A stretch of 64,000 bases of DNA, from NCBI RefSeq assembly GCF_009914755.1, contig NC_060931.1, one strand, 5' to 3'. The position numbers were made by a program, and so were the translations under genes. Every line of letters begins with the position of its first letter. Within the stretch, counting starts at the first letter, position 1. The notes below the pieces were generated by a model. That model saw only the letters and a program-made list of their open reading frames with translations, searched no databases and was not told where the DNA came from. Shown piece after piece: positions 17,570 through 29,520 of the stretch. The DNA comes from the human T2T-CHM13v2.0 reference genome, Homo sapiens.

Positions 17570-18245
17570 CTTTGGCTCAAAAGACCTGCATTCAAATCCT
17601 GGGTCTACTACTCACATAGGTACCTTCCTTCCCTGAGCCCCAGTTCTTTGCCTGAAAATAGAAGCAAGCAACCCAGAGGGGTTGTTGCAGTCCTTGAAGC
17701 AACATATGTGAAATTGGTAGATATATAATAAGTACTCAGTAAAAGTGACTTTTAAATCCTATCAGGGGCAATGCTGTAAGAAACATGCGATCAGTTTTTA
17801 GGCTCAAAAGTCCCAAATTCCAATCCCAGCTCTTATCACCTGCTCTGTCACCTCAGACAAACCATCTGACCTCTTGAATCTGGTTCTTCATCTTCAAAAT
17901 GATATGCCTTGGAGCATGGTTATGAGGATTAGATGTAATAAAGTGCATAAAGTGGCTGCATGAGAGTAGGTATTTAATAAATAAAAGTCATTACTGTTGG
18001 CAAGATGTCACTGTAGGTATTTATCAAACACTTAATATAGCACTTATTAGGTGCCAGGCACTATTCTATATACTTTTAAAATATTAACTAAATTAATTAT
18101 CAATTAATGCATAGTCCTACAATGATCCCAGTTTTACTCATGAGGAAACAAGCACAAAGAGACAGTAACTTTGCCCAAAGTCACACAGCTGGTAAGTGGG
18201 AGAGACTGGATCCACATATAGGCAGTCTGGCTCTAGAATCTTTGC
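17570..18245. mobile_element. cluster of three MIR fragments (two +, one -)
   Basis: agacctgcattcaaatcctgg; cttcatcttcaaaatg...gaggattagatg; tgaggaaacaagcacaaagagacagtaactttgcccaaagtcacacagctggtaagtgg. Confidence 0.7.
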
Positions 18246-20602
18246 TTTTATTTGCTACTCTCCCTCAACATCAACATTAGAAAAGAAACATCCTCATATC
18301 TAAGGAATATCTCTCCATGTTCAATGATTGATTAGTTGGTTGAGATCATTTTGATATAATCTAAGTGTGTGTTTTAGATTTTCCAGGGAAGTTCATCAGT
18401 AACCCTAGCTTCTCTAGCAATTCTGGCAAAACAAACAAATAAATAAAATCAAATAAACCTGGCTCCAAACAAAATGAAACACAGAAACAAACAAAACAAT
18501 AAAGCCTTCTGATGGACGAAAATGTGGATGTAGGACAGCTGAAAAATATTCTTCCTAAAATTATCATTAGATGGAAAATCTCAGGTGGTAAGGTGCAGAG
18601 CTACTGGCTATTAAAGCCTATCTTTATCTGCAGATTCATCTGCCAACACATTAGAATGGGCCTCTTCGAAGCAGGAGGAGACACAGCGGGTGGGCCATGA
18701 GGAGAGTCATGCCAAGGAATCTTCTCTGTGAATCAGCTCCTTTGGGCTTCAGTAACCTGGTAAGGTCCAAAAATCATGTGGAAAGCGGGCACCCCTATGC
18801 GTGTGCTCCCTGAAGGAGAAGGAAAGAGACAACATACTGTCAGCCGTGTTGTTATGTGCACGCTGACAAACTGTGGTACGTGCTCCACGTGGAGAATGTG
18901 GAGGAGAGGGGATTGCCTGGAACGTCATTGTAGGGAAAGGTCCTTTCCGGCTGCAGAAGCTGAGTCATCTGGGGACAGAACCATCGTCTCACTTCCAGCC
19001 AGATGAGAACAACTGTCTTTGGTTGCTCACAGGGCACACTGTAGCTTTAGACAGTGACAAACTATTTGACCGGCCAACACCAAAAAAGTATTTTGAGCTT
19101 ATGGAAAGTTAGTATGAGATCATGCACTGCTAAAATATAAAAGGGGAGCTCAGATAATGCCTGCAGTGACAGGCACACAAATGGCCGGTGTCATATATCG
19201 CCTTTATTTGCAGACAGGCTTTTCCTTCAGCCTGATCAGGCTGGTGTCTGATGTTAGCACTTGGGATCAGCTTTAGAAAAAGCTGAACTGGGGAGGAGAT
19301 TCATTGGTCATAACTATTGAAAAGAAGACAAAAAGATTCAGAGTCTGTAATTTTCCCACCCACATTAAGTTATTTGGATAAAAGTCCGCCGTCATAACCA
19401 GACTGAATTCACTAAAAATAACGTACATCTGAGAATATTTCCACAGGTTTGACCACTGGTTCCCTAAGAAAAAGAGCAGAGAATACAGTCCAGTACCAGA
19501 AAGTTTAGGATTTAGTTGACATTTATTGCAGGAGATTTATCGACTCATGAGATAAATATTGACCAAGGCAAAGTCAAGGTTATTACTTATCTTCAAGAAT
19601 AATAAATCTTGGTATTCTCAGTGACACAAAGTCAATATGTACGTTGCTACATAAATTCCAAACGAAGATTTTCATTGAAACATCTGTAAATCTCTCCATC
19701 ATGACCACGAGAGTAGCTTTTTAAAATTTGCTATTAAAGGGAAATGGATACCAAGACCTGATGGGAACATCTACTGTTCACCCCTGTGAAACTAACCAGG
19801 TGGCCTTAATTTTCATTGTGATGGAATCCCTGATTAGTTCATCAAAACATAGTCCAGTCATTGTTAGTTGGTCTTTATTGTCACTGATTCCAAGTAAAAG
19901 AGTCAAAATTTTCTCATCCCAAGTAAAAGGCAGAATGAGCCCATATATTCTTGACAACCACTATATTTCAGGATAAAATGTAGTCACTTTTTAAATATGT
20001 GCAATAGATGAATTCTAGTAAGGTTGAAGGAGAACATGAAAGAGAAAGAAAATGGAGTCTTGGTGGCATGTGTAAAAGATCGGCTTCTAGGACTCGGTCC
20101 TCCACCTTTTCTCTTCAACCCATCCAGAAGCACTCAGCAGGCCTTTACTAGAGTATGCATGAGTAGGCGAGTATGCATGAGAATAACTGGTGACTAACTA
20201 GACTATGCACTTAACCCTCTGTAAAAATCAGTGGAGATGCAAAACAATGGAAAACCATGGCATCTGTCCCGAAGAAACTCTTCTCCAGGGAGCTTTGTGT
20301 ATGTCAGGGCCAGTATTTGCAATTTCCTGCCTTAATCTGGGTTCTATAATTTTTGGTCCTCAAAAATGTAGGTGGATGCATCCGTGTGTGACTGCATCGT
20401 GCCTGGCAGCCTTTACAGAATTTTGGCTGTGCCATGGGAGCCCAGCTCCTGACAAGGTTTGCTGCCACTTCTGACCTGTGAGTTGACCCTGACCATCACC
20501 CCCTTCACAGCCTCTTTGATTCCATTCTCAGCATGACAGCCACAACACCTGTTATGGTTTAAGATCATGCCCTCTGGTAAAGCCCTCTGGTGGCTTCCCA
20601 TC

Positions 20603-21290
<688 letters not shown>

Positions 21291-21299
21291 ACCATCTTA

Positions 21300-21795
21300 C
21301 CCAGAATGAAAACTGACCTCTTTGTTCTTGCCTCCAAGGCCCACTCGTATGGCTTCTCCCTCCCTTCCCAACACCCTCTCAGGCACCCTCCCCACTGATA
21401 CTGCTCCATGTGTACTTCCTATTTCTTGAGTAGGCCTTACTCTTTCTCCCCTTGAGCCTTTCTCTTGCCTTCTCCCTCTGTCTGTAATAATCCTACCCTG
21501 GTCTCCAAACAGCTGACATCTTCTTCTTCAGGGCTCTGCCCAGAGAGCCTTCCTGGGCCACTCAGCCTAAGTGCACCTGACACCTCATCTTTGTCCTATC
21601 ACTCTGCTTGCTTGCTTCATGGACTCACTCCTGCCTGAAATGATGTTTTAAAATTTGTTGTCTTATTTATTCCCTTTCTCCTCCACTAGAATGTAAGTTT
21701 CAGAAGAGCAGGGACCTTGCCTGTCTCAGTCTTGCTCTATGAGCAACTGCTAGAACAGAGCAGACCCTTACCTAATATTTGTTGAATGAATGAGT
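21300..21795 (+). mobile_element. L2 3' end
   Basis: ccactagaatgtaagtttc...cagggaccttg...atatttgttgaatgaatga. Confidence 0.75.
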
Positions 21796-22124
21796 AGTCA
21801 GTTTCCTCTACCGTGGCCTTGAGGAGGGGACATCCCGAATCCAGGAAACCTCTACTATCAAGACACTGGTCTCTAATTCGTGGGGACATTTTCCTTGCTT
21901 TTCCAAGCCTTCTTTCATGCCTCTTACACACCTTGTCCTTGGGATACCACATGGAATATAAGTTCAGTCCTGGAGCATTAAGAATTCGAGGTCTTAAGGA
22001 AGTTTTGGCTATTCATGTGCATTTATTTTGGCATTAAATTTGTGTTTTAACTATTGGAGGGAAAATATATTGAGACTTATTTGGTTGCTTTTCACTTATT
22101 TAAAAGCATTTAAGATTTACTTCA

Positions 22125-22178
22125 CTTTACAATTCTATCAGTTTATTGCCTTTACAATTCTATCAGTTTATTGCCTTT
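22125..22178 (+). repeat. perfect 25-bp tandem duplication
   Basis: ctttacaattctatcagtttattgc x2 followed by cttt. Confidence 0.95.
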
Positions 22179-22557
22179 CTGGAGTTTTTATTCTCCCAGT
22201 CATATTCCAAAATGACCCAGGATCTGAAAAAATTCAAACTGAGTGACTGTCCTCAACCTCATGTCTTGGGATGAGTCCTATTTACTCAGTGGGCGGGCTT
22301 TGCTGAGCTGTCTGGGTTTGAAGGATGCCTCACCACTTGCGGCCCCTGAAGATCAAAGCAGTCCATGCTCACTGTAGAGTAACCCTCAGCACAGAAGGGT
22401 ACGATGCAAACACCCAGCCTTCTCACCCACGCCTCCTTCCCTGCCTGCCCCGTAAGGAACACCTATGCCCCAGGGCTCATCCAGAAAACAGTTTCTTTTG
22501 CATCCTTATAGATGAGTTCTTTCAATCTCTCCAGGCCACAGTTTCTTTGTCTATACC

Positions 22558-22862
22558 AGGGCTCAACTAATATTTTCTGCAAGGGGCTAGATAGTAAATA
22601 GTAAATATTTCAGGCTTTGCAAGCCATATGGTCACACTCTCTGGTGTCAAAGCAGTCGTAGACAATATGTAAATAAATGGGCAAGGCTATGTTTATAAAA
22701 CTTCAGTTATGAACACTGAAGTTTGAATTCGGTCTAATTTTCACGTGTCACACAATAGTCTTCATAGATGTATTTTTCAACCATTTAGTCACATAACAAC
22801 TGTTCTTAGCTCGTGGGCCCTATGAAATCAGGTGGTGGACATGTTTGGGCTGAGACCCCTGC
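22558..22862. mobile_element. MER58B (hAT-Charlie MITE)
   Basis: ttttctgcaaggggctagatagtaaata...aagcagtcgtagacaatatgtaaa...ttcttagctcgtgggcc...acccctg. Confidence 0.8.
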
Positions 22863-23459
22863 TCTACGGGGGCATGAAACGCACAATATTGTGAGAATTC
22901 AGGAGCACGAGCTTTAACTAACAGCACAAGGCATATCACGTGAGAGTCATTCAGTGGCTGGTATTCACTGATCTCTATCAGAGCAGAAAACAGGTGCTTT
23001 TCGTGAGTGAAAGCAGGAGGCTGAAGGCCCACTGCACTTTTCTCGTGGGTGATTTGGGGTCTCTAACCAACACCTAAGGCAGCAAGCCATTTCTCCTCAA
23101 TCCCTGAGTTACTCTGGTAAGGGAATCAAGTTTGCACTGCTTTTCATACTTTCCCCCACTAAATTTTATTATTTCCCTTTTGTTGGTTCTTTCTCTCTCA
23201 ATTCTCTTTTCTAAGCTGACTCCATTTCTTTTCTGGAAATTTTCAGTATTGTGGGGCCTGGGTATTAGGGATTAGGAACACTTGCAATCTGAAAGCCTGT
23301 GTCTTAGGAAGGTGTATGCAAAGGGAATAAGTGGAGGGGAACCCCCTGTGAGCTGTGCAGACCAGAACAGGTTTTTCTCCTAAGGTAAGGGTGTTCAAGA
23401 GGAAAAACAATGTGCAGATATTAACTCTTCCTTGAAAGTTTGTTATGTAGAGTTAAAGA

Positions 23460-23690
23460 TTGCAGATTACAGGCTTTAGAACCAAACTGCCTAGGCGCTA
23501 ATCACACACTCAGAACCACGTGACTATAGATAGTCGCTAAACCTCTCAGATTTGGTAGCCTCATCCATAAAATTAGCGTGGTAATCATAATAGCAGATAC
23601 CTCAATGTTATTGTTAAGATTTTTAAAAGTTAATATGTGCATAGCCCTTAAATCAGTGCCTAGTATGGAATGGGTAATCACTGTTAATTT
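23460..23690 (+). mobile_element. MIR
   Basis: aggctttagaaccaaactgcctagg...cctcatccataaaatt. Confidence 0.6.
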
Positions 23691-23694
23691 CTCA

Positions 23695-24595
23695 AACTTT
23701 TTATTTTGGAATAATTTTAGATTTAGAGAAAAGCTGTAAAGATAATACAGGGAGTTTCCCTATACTCTCCATCCAGTTTCCTGTAATTGTTAACATCTTA
23801 CATATCCGCAGCATGTTTGTCACAACTATGAAATTAACACTGGCACAATACTACTAACTAAACTCCAGACTTTTTTTGTATTTCACCAGTTTTTTTCACT
23901 CATGCCTCTTTTCTGTTCCAGGATTCCATCCGGGATCCCACAGTGCATTTAGGCTGTCTCCTTAATCTCCTCCCATCTATGCCCATTTCTGGGACTTTGT
24001 TTCTTTTTCAAGACCATCACCCTTTGGAGGAGTGCTGATCAGGCATTCTGGATGATGTGCATCGCTTTGAGTTCGGCTGATGTTTTCTGTGATCGATTGG
24101 GGTTATGTTTTGGGGGTGAGTGCCATGGGGTGAAGTGCCCTTCTCATTGCCTCGCCTCGGGGGCACATGACTTCACCATGACTCAAGTCTGGTGATGTTA
24201 ACCTTGAGCCCTTGGTTGTGGTGGCATCCGCTAGATTACTGCATTGTGAAGTTGCTATTTTTCTCTTTCCATACCCTTCTAGAGGAAGTGAGTCACCAGG
24301 TCCAGTCCACACTCACTAGGAGAGCAATGAAGCCCCACCTCCTGGAGAAGTGGCTGCATCAATGCTCCCCTGTATTACTTGTGGTGCTTCTGTGAGAAAG
24401 ATTTGTCTCTTTTTCCCTATGTATTTGCTTATTCACATGTTTACTTATATTGGCATAGACTCATGGATTGTTCCAGCTTTGGCCATTGGGTACTGTTTCA
24501 GGATGACTCCTGTGTGCTTTTGATGTGTTCCTATTTTTTAAAGCATGTCCTCTGATGCTACAGGATGCTTCAGGCTGATCTGGAATTTCCCTTAA
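23695..24595 (-). mobile_element. L1MC/ME 3' region
   Basis: tttattttggaataattttagatttagagaaaagctgtaaagataatacagggagtttcc... Confidence 0.75.
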
Positions 24596-25338
24596 TTCAG
24601 TTATTAATTCAGCCATAGGATTGTATGAGGATGCATGACACAGGGGACTTTTATTGTTTGGTCTGTCCAGGATCCCCCATCCCTGGAAGAACTCATCTCC
24701 CCATCCCTTGTGGTCCTAGGTTGTCCATCAGCACACCACCCCCAGTGGGCCACAGGAGGAAGGACTGATGCAAAGGGTATGCATTTCCACAGGGCCAGGA
24801 GGGCCTCCCTTGAGGTGGCTATGTGTATGTTGGGAAGGAGAGTTTCACTTTCCCTGTGCTGCTAAACTGGGAAGCTGGTGGTGGCCATCTTCCCCACTTC
24901 ATGAGAGAACTTGCCTTCAGAAGAAGCCAATACAACAGGAGGCAGAGCTGACCTTGAGAGAGAGCCCTGCCTGTATGACAGCACCTCCCATCCAGCTCTT
25001 CTTGACACTCTTCAATGTTCCACCTACATGGACCAAGACACTCCAATTGCTTTTTAAGCTCATTGTGCATATGACTACATGAAGTACCTAGCATGAGGAC
25101 CACATCTTTCTGCCAGTCCGGCCCTTCATAGAATTTACACCCCACCTACTTCGATGGACACCAAAATATAATCCTCACACTTGACCTAGACACACCCATT
25201 ATGCTGATTGAAACAAATCAAACTTTAAAAGCACTTCAGAAGACTACTTTTTAGAATCTAGTAATCACCCTTGATTTATGCTTTATGCAAAATTACACAG
25301 ATTTTTAATGAATTTTTGCACAAATCTAAGTATAAATA

Positions 25339-25692
25339 CAGATGCTCCTGAACTTACAATGGAGCTACTTCCCAATAAATCCATCATAAGTTGAAAATAT
25401 AGTGAGTTGAAAATGCATTTAATACACCTAACCTACTGAGCATTGTAGCTGAGACTAAAACATTCTCAGAACACTGACATTAGCCTACACCTGGGCAAAA
25501 TCATCTAATCCAAAGCCTATTACAAAAAGTGGAGAATATCTTATGTGATTTATTGAGTACTGTACTGAAAGCGAAACTAAGAATGGCTGTATAAGTACTC
25601 AAAGTACAGTTTCTACTACATGTGTATCACTTTTGCACCATTGTAAAGTTGAAAAACCTTAAGTTGAACCATCGTAAGTTGGGGATTATCTG
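25339..25692. mobile_element. MER47A (Tigger-family MITE)
   Basis: TIRs cagatgctcctgaacttacaatgg / ccatcgtaagttggggattatctg with TA on both sides. Confidence 0.88.
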
Positions 25693-26089
25693 TATATCAC
25701 TTTAATAAGGCGAAAACAATACTACAACCTAATGATCATAAAGATATAGTGGAATAGGTACATTTATATAAGTAATAGAGTAAAAGGTTATACAAATCAA
25801 CATCCATAAAATTGTGGGATTTTTGATCTAATAATCTCACTTGTGGATATAACCTAAGGAATTTAAAAAAGTTTTTTTAAAGACAGATTCATAAGTTTTT
25901 TGCAGTCTGATTATTTAATAGAGAAATATGGGAAACAATTTATGTGTTCCACAATGGGGTCTTTTTTTTTTTAAGTGAAACCTTAACTCTTTGAAATGTT
26001 ATATGATTTTTAAAAATTATAAACATGAAGAAACTCAAGCAAGATAATGATATTTATTATGGAGGCTGCATTACTCGGGACAGGTTAAG

Positions 26090-26329
26090 TTATTATGACT
26101 TAGAATAAGGGCCCCCAGGAGTGTGTGGACAGAGGAAAGGGATGTGAGGACATGGTGAGAAGGCAGCCGTCTATAAGCCAGGAAAAGAGCCCTCACCAGA
26201 AATGACACTACCTGCACCTTGTTGATCTTGGGCTTCCAGCCTCCAGAACTGTGAGGAAATAAATTTCTGTTGTTTAAGGCACACACAGTCTGTGGTATTC
26301 TATTCTGGAAGCCTGAGCTGACTAACACA
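26090..26329 (+). mobile_element. MLT1A-type LTR 3' part
   Basis: gtgaggacatggtgagaaggcagccgtctataagccagg...cagcctccagaactgtgagg...gactaacaca. Confidence 0.8.
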
Positions 26330-26524
26330 TGGGCAGAGAGGTACAAGCCTAGCATACCTCCGGAAGTGAAAAATACTGGAAATAATTGATGAACAGCAGT
26401 GATGTCTACTAAAGAGGATGAAATAAAAACAACAAAGAAACAAAATAACAGAATACATCCTTGGTGACTTAATAGCTGTATAATATAGTTTCATTTCTCC
26501 CTGGCCTTTAATACTATATCTTGT

Positions 26525-26790
26525 AAATGTTTTATTGAGATACAATTCACATACTATAAAATTCACCCTTATTGAGTGTACAATACAGTTAATTTTTTAG
26601 TGTATTCACAAAGTTATGCAACCCTAACCACTGTCTAGGTCCACAACATTTTTATCACTCCAAAAAGAAATGCCATTAACAGTCACTCCTCACTTGCCTC
26701 TCCTCCCAGCCCATGGAACTAGTTGTCTACTTTCAGGCTCCATAAGTCTGCCTCTTCTGCACATCTCACGTAAATGGAACCATATAACCT
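26525..26790 (-). mobile_element. L1MB 3' end
   Basis: tttattgagatacaattcacatactataaaattcaccc. Confidence 0.75.
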
Positions 26791-27111
26791 CTCAGCTCTG
26801 TTTCATCAAATTATGGAGTCTTCTGGCATGTGGGTTCCTCCCTCTGCACTGTTACCTGGGAGCTCTTTCAAGAGAGGGGCAATGTTAAGGCTTGCATGGT
26901 TTGCTTCCTGCCTCATGGTGATCACTGTCCTGCATCAGGTGGTGTCTAGTATCTTGAAAGCTGATGGTGTTTTTAACTTGTTTTATTGTTGTTGTTATTA
27001 TTTTCATCAAGAGGATAAATGTGATACCTGTTACTCTATGTTGGCCCAAAGTGGAACCCTACATTGCATTTATACATTTTACACATTTTGCTTTCACATA
27101 AGACTGTTTGA

Positions 27112-27450
<339 letters not shown>

Positions 27451-27534
27451 TGAACACTTCAGATGTAGAGCTGTGATCACAGTAAAGAAAATGGAGGAGG
27501 AAAGAAATGGAGGAGGAAAGAAGAGACCTGGATT

Positions 27535-27826
27535 TTTTTTTATTTTATTTTATTTTTTGAGATGGAGTCTTGCTCTGTCGCCCAGGCTGGAGTGCAGTGG
27601 CACGATCTCGGCTCACTGCAACCTCTGTCTCTCAGGTTCAAGCAATTCTCTGCCTCAGGCTCTTGAGTAGCTGGGATTAGCCACCATGCCTGGCTAATTT
27701 TTGTAGTTTTAGTAGTTACGGGGTTTCACCATCTTGGCCAGGATGGTCTTGAACTCCTGACCTCGTGATTCACCTGCCTCAGCCTCCCAAAGTGCTGGGA
27801 TTACAGGCATGAGCCACAGCGCCTGG
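27535..27826 (-). mobile_element. AluSg/Sc-like
   Basis: full Alu with small internal deletion; TSD agagacctg(g/a)atttt. Confidence 0.92.
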
Positions 27827-28375
27827 AGAGACCTGAATTTTATTGTATACAGTCCATACACAAAACTCGGGTGCAACTTATCAAACTCCAATTCATCTTC
27901 CAAACTTTCTCTTTCAGAAACACTTCCTATATGAGGTCTTCCTGCAAATGTCTGCACTGCCCTCAAATTAATCATTCCACCTTTGTATCATTTTGTCCAG
28001 TTTCAATATCTTGTGCATATTTGTTATTGCTTGTATTATAATTATTTTTGGCCTCATTTTTGTCTTCTTTGACTGCAAGCTCCATGAGGCTAGCAGAATG
28101 TGTTATATGTGTTTGGTCTGCAGACTTACCGTGATACCTGGCTCACGGTAATTGTTCTATAAATATTTTTTGCACTAAATTGTATACATATCTTTTATTT
28201 CACAAACTACGTCCATTATGTAAGCAAGCTAGTTTTCCTTCTCTTTTAGTAGGAAGAGGGAAAAAAAGTGAAAAATATCAAATGTTTTGCCTAAGATGAA
28301 TGATCAGGAAATTGGAGACAAGGACGGAAACCCAGCCAGGGCTCTAGGTCTTCCACATCATTTGCTTCTCATGAG

Positions 28376-28573
28376 CAGTACTGTCCAGCAGAAACTTCTG
28401 TGAGGATACAAATCTTCTATATCTGTGCTGTCCAGTATGGTAGCCACTAGTCTCATGTGGCTACTGAGCACTTGATCAGTGTGACTGGGGACTTCCATAC
28501 TTAATTTAAACTAATTTAAACCTAAACCTAAATAGCTACATGTGACCATTGGCTACCATATTGGACAGCCCAG
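28376..28573. mobile_element. MER3 (hAT MITE), near complete
   Basis: cagtactgtccagcagaaacttctg...tggtagccactag...ggctaccatattggacagcccag. Confidence 0.85.
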
Positions 28574-28920
28574 CTCCATACTGTTGAAGACAGAGCCCTT
28601 GTCTTTTTCAACCCTTGAACTGCACATGCTCAACAGAAAAGAAGTTCTGAACCTGAGGGTTTTTTTGTTGATTTCTGAACAAAGAAGAAATTCAACAAAA
28701 GTGTCCAACCAATAGTTTTGCCAAACAGAAAGAAGACTGTCTAAAATGAAAAAAACCAAGATGAAATTTAGGAAAAGTAGATTAAAAGATCAACAATAAA
28801 AATGATCAAGTAAATAAGTGTTCTTAAAAACAGCCATGAATTTCAAGCCTTGGCAAAGAGTAGTTTGACCTTGAGGTTCTCTGTTCCTAAGTGACTTCCA
28901 TGGTAAGCGTGGGTATGATA

Positions 28921-28963
28921 AACACACACACACACAAACACACAAACACACACACACACACAC
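28921..28963 (+). repeat. (CA)n microsatellite
   Basis: interrupted CA run. Confidence 0.95.
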
Positions 28964-29051
28964 GAAATTGGAGAGGAGGAGGAGGATTGGAACCCAGCCA
29001 GGGCTCTAGAGCCCTAGTCTCATGACTTTCACATCATTTGCTTCTCATGAG

Positions 29052-29147
29052 CATTATTGTACAGCAGAACCTTCTGTGATGATGAAAATGTTCTGTATCT
29101 GTGCTGTCCAATATGGTAGCCACTAGTCGCATTGGCTAATGAGCACT
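29052..29147. mobile_element. partial MER3 (duplicated copy)
   Basis: gatgaaaatgttctgtatctgtgctgtccaatatggtagccactag; shares upstream flank with the 28376 copy. Confidence 0.8.
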
Positions 29148-29349
29148 GTATAAATACAGATATAGGTATAGACATATGTACTCTTAAAATCTCTTCAATT
29201 GAATTGCCTCATACTCCACTTAAGGGGCCATCCATGTTAAAGGTAAGTTATGGCCTCAGCAATGATGGCCAAGCCATTCTGATCTCCTACAATGTTGGGG
29301 AGATCTCCTTTGCCCTGCCCAGCTTGTCTGTCTCCTCTTTTTGAAGGGC

Positions 29350-29520
29350 AGTGTGCTGCCCTTCAAACGGTGCTGCCATAACAAGCCATGTGGCTCAAAC
29401 AAGAGAAATGTATTGTCTCGCAGTTCTGGAGGTGAGAAGTCGAAGATCCAGGTGTCGGGTTGGCAGGGTTGGTTCCTTCTACGGGTGCTGAGGGAGGTCT
29501 GTTCACATGGTGTGGGGAAA
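29350..29520 (-). mobile_element. MLT1 fragment
   Basis: gctgccataacaa...gaaatgtattgtctcgcagttctggagg. Confidence 0.7.
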
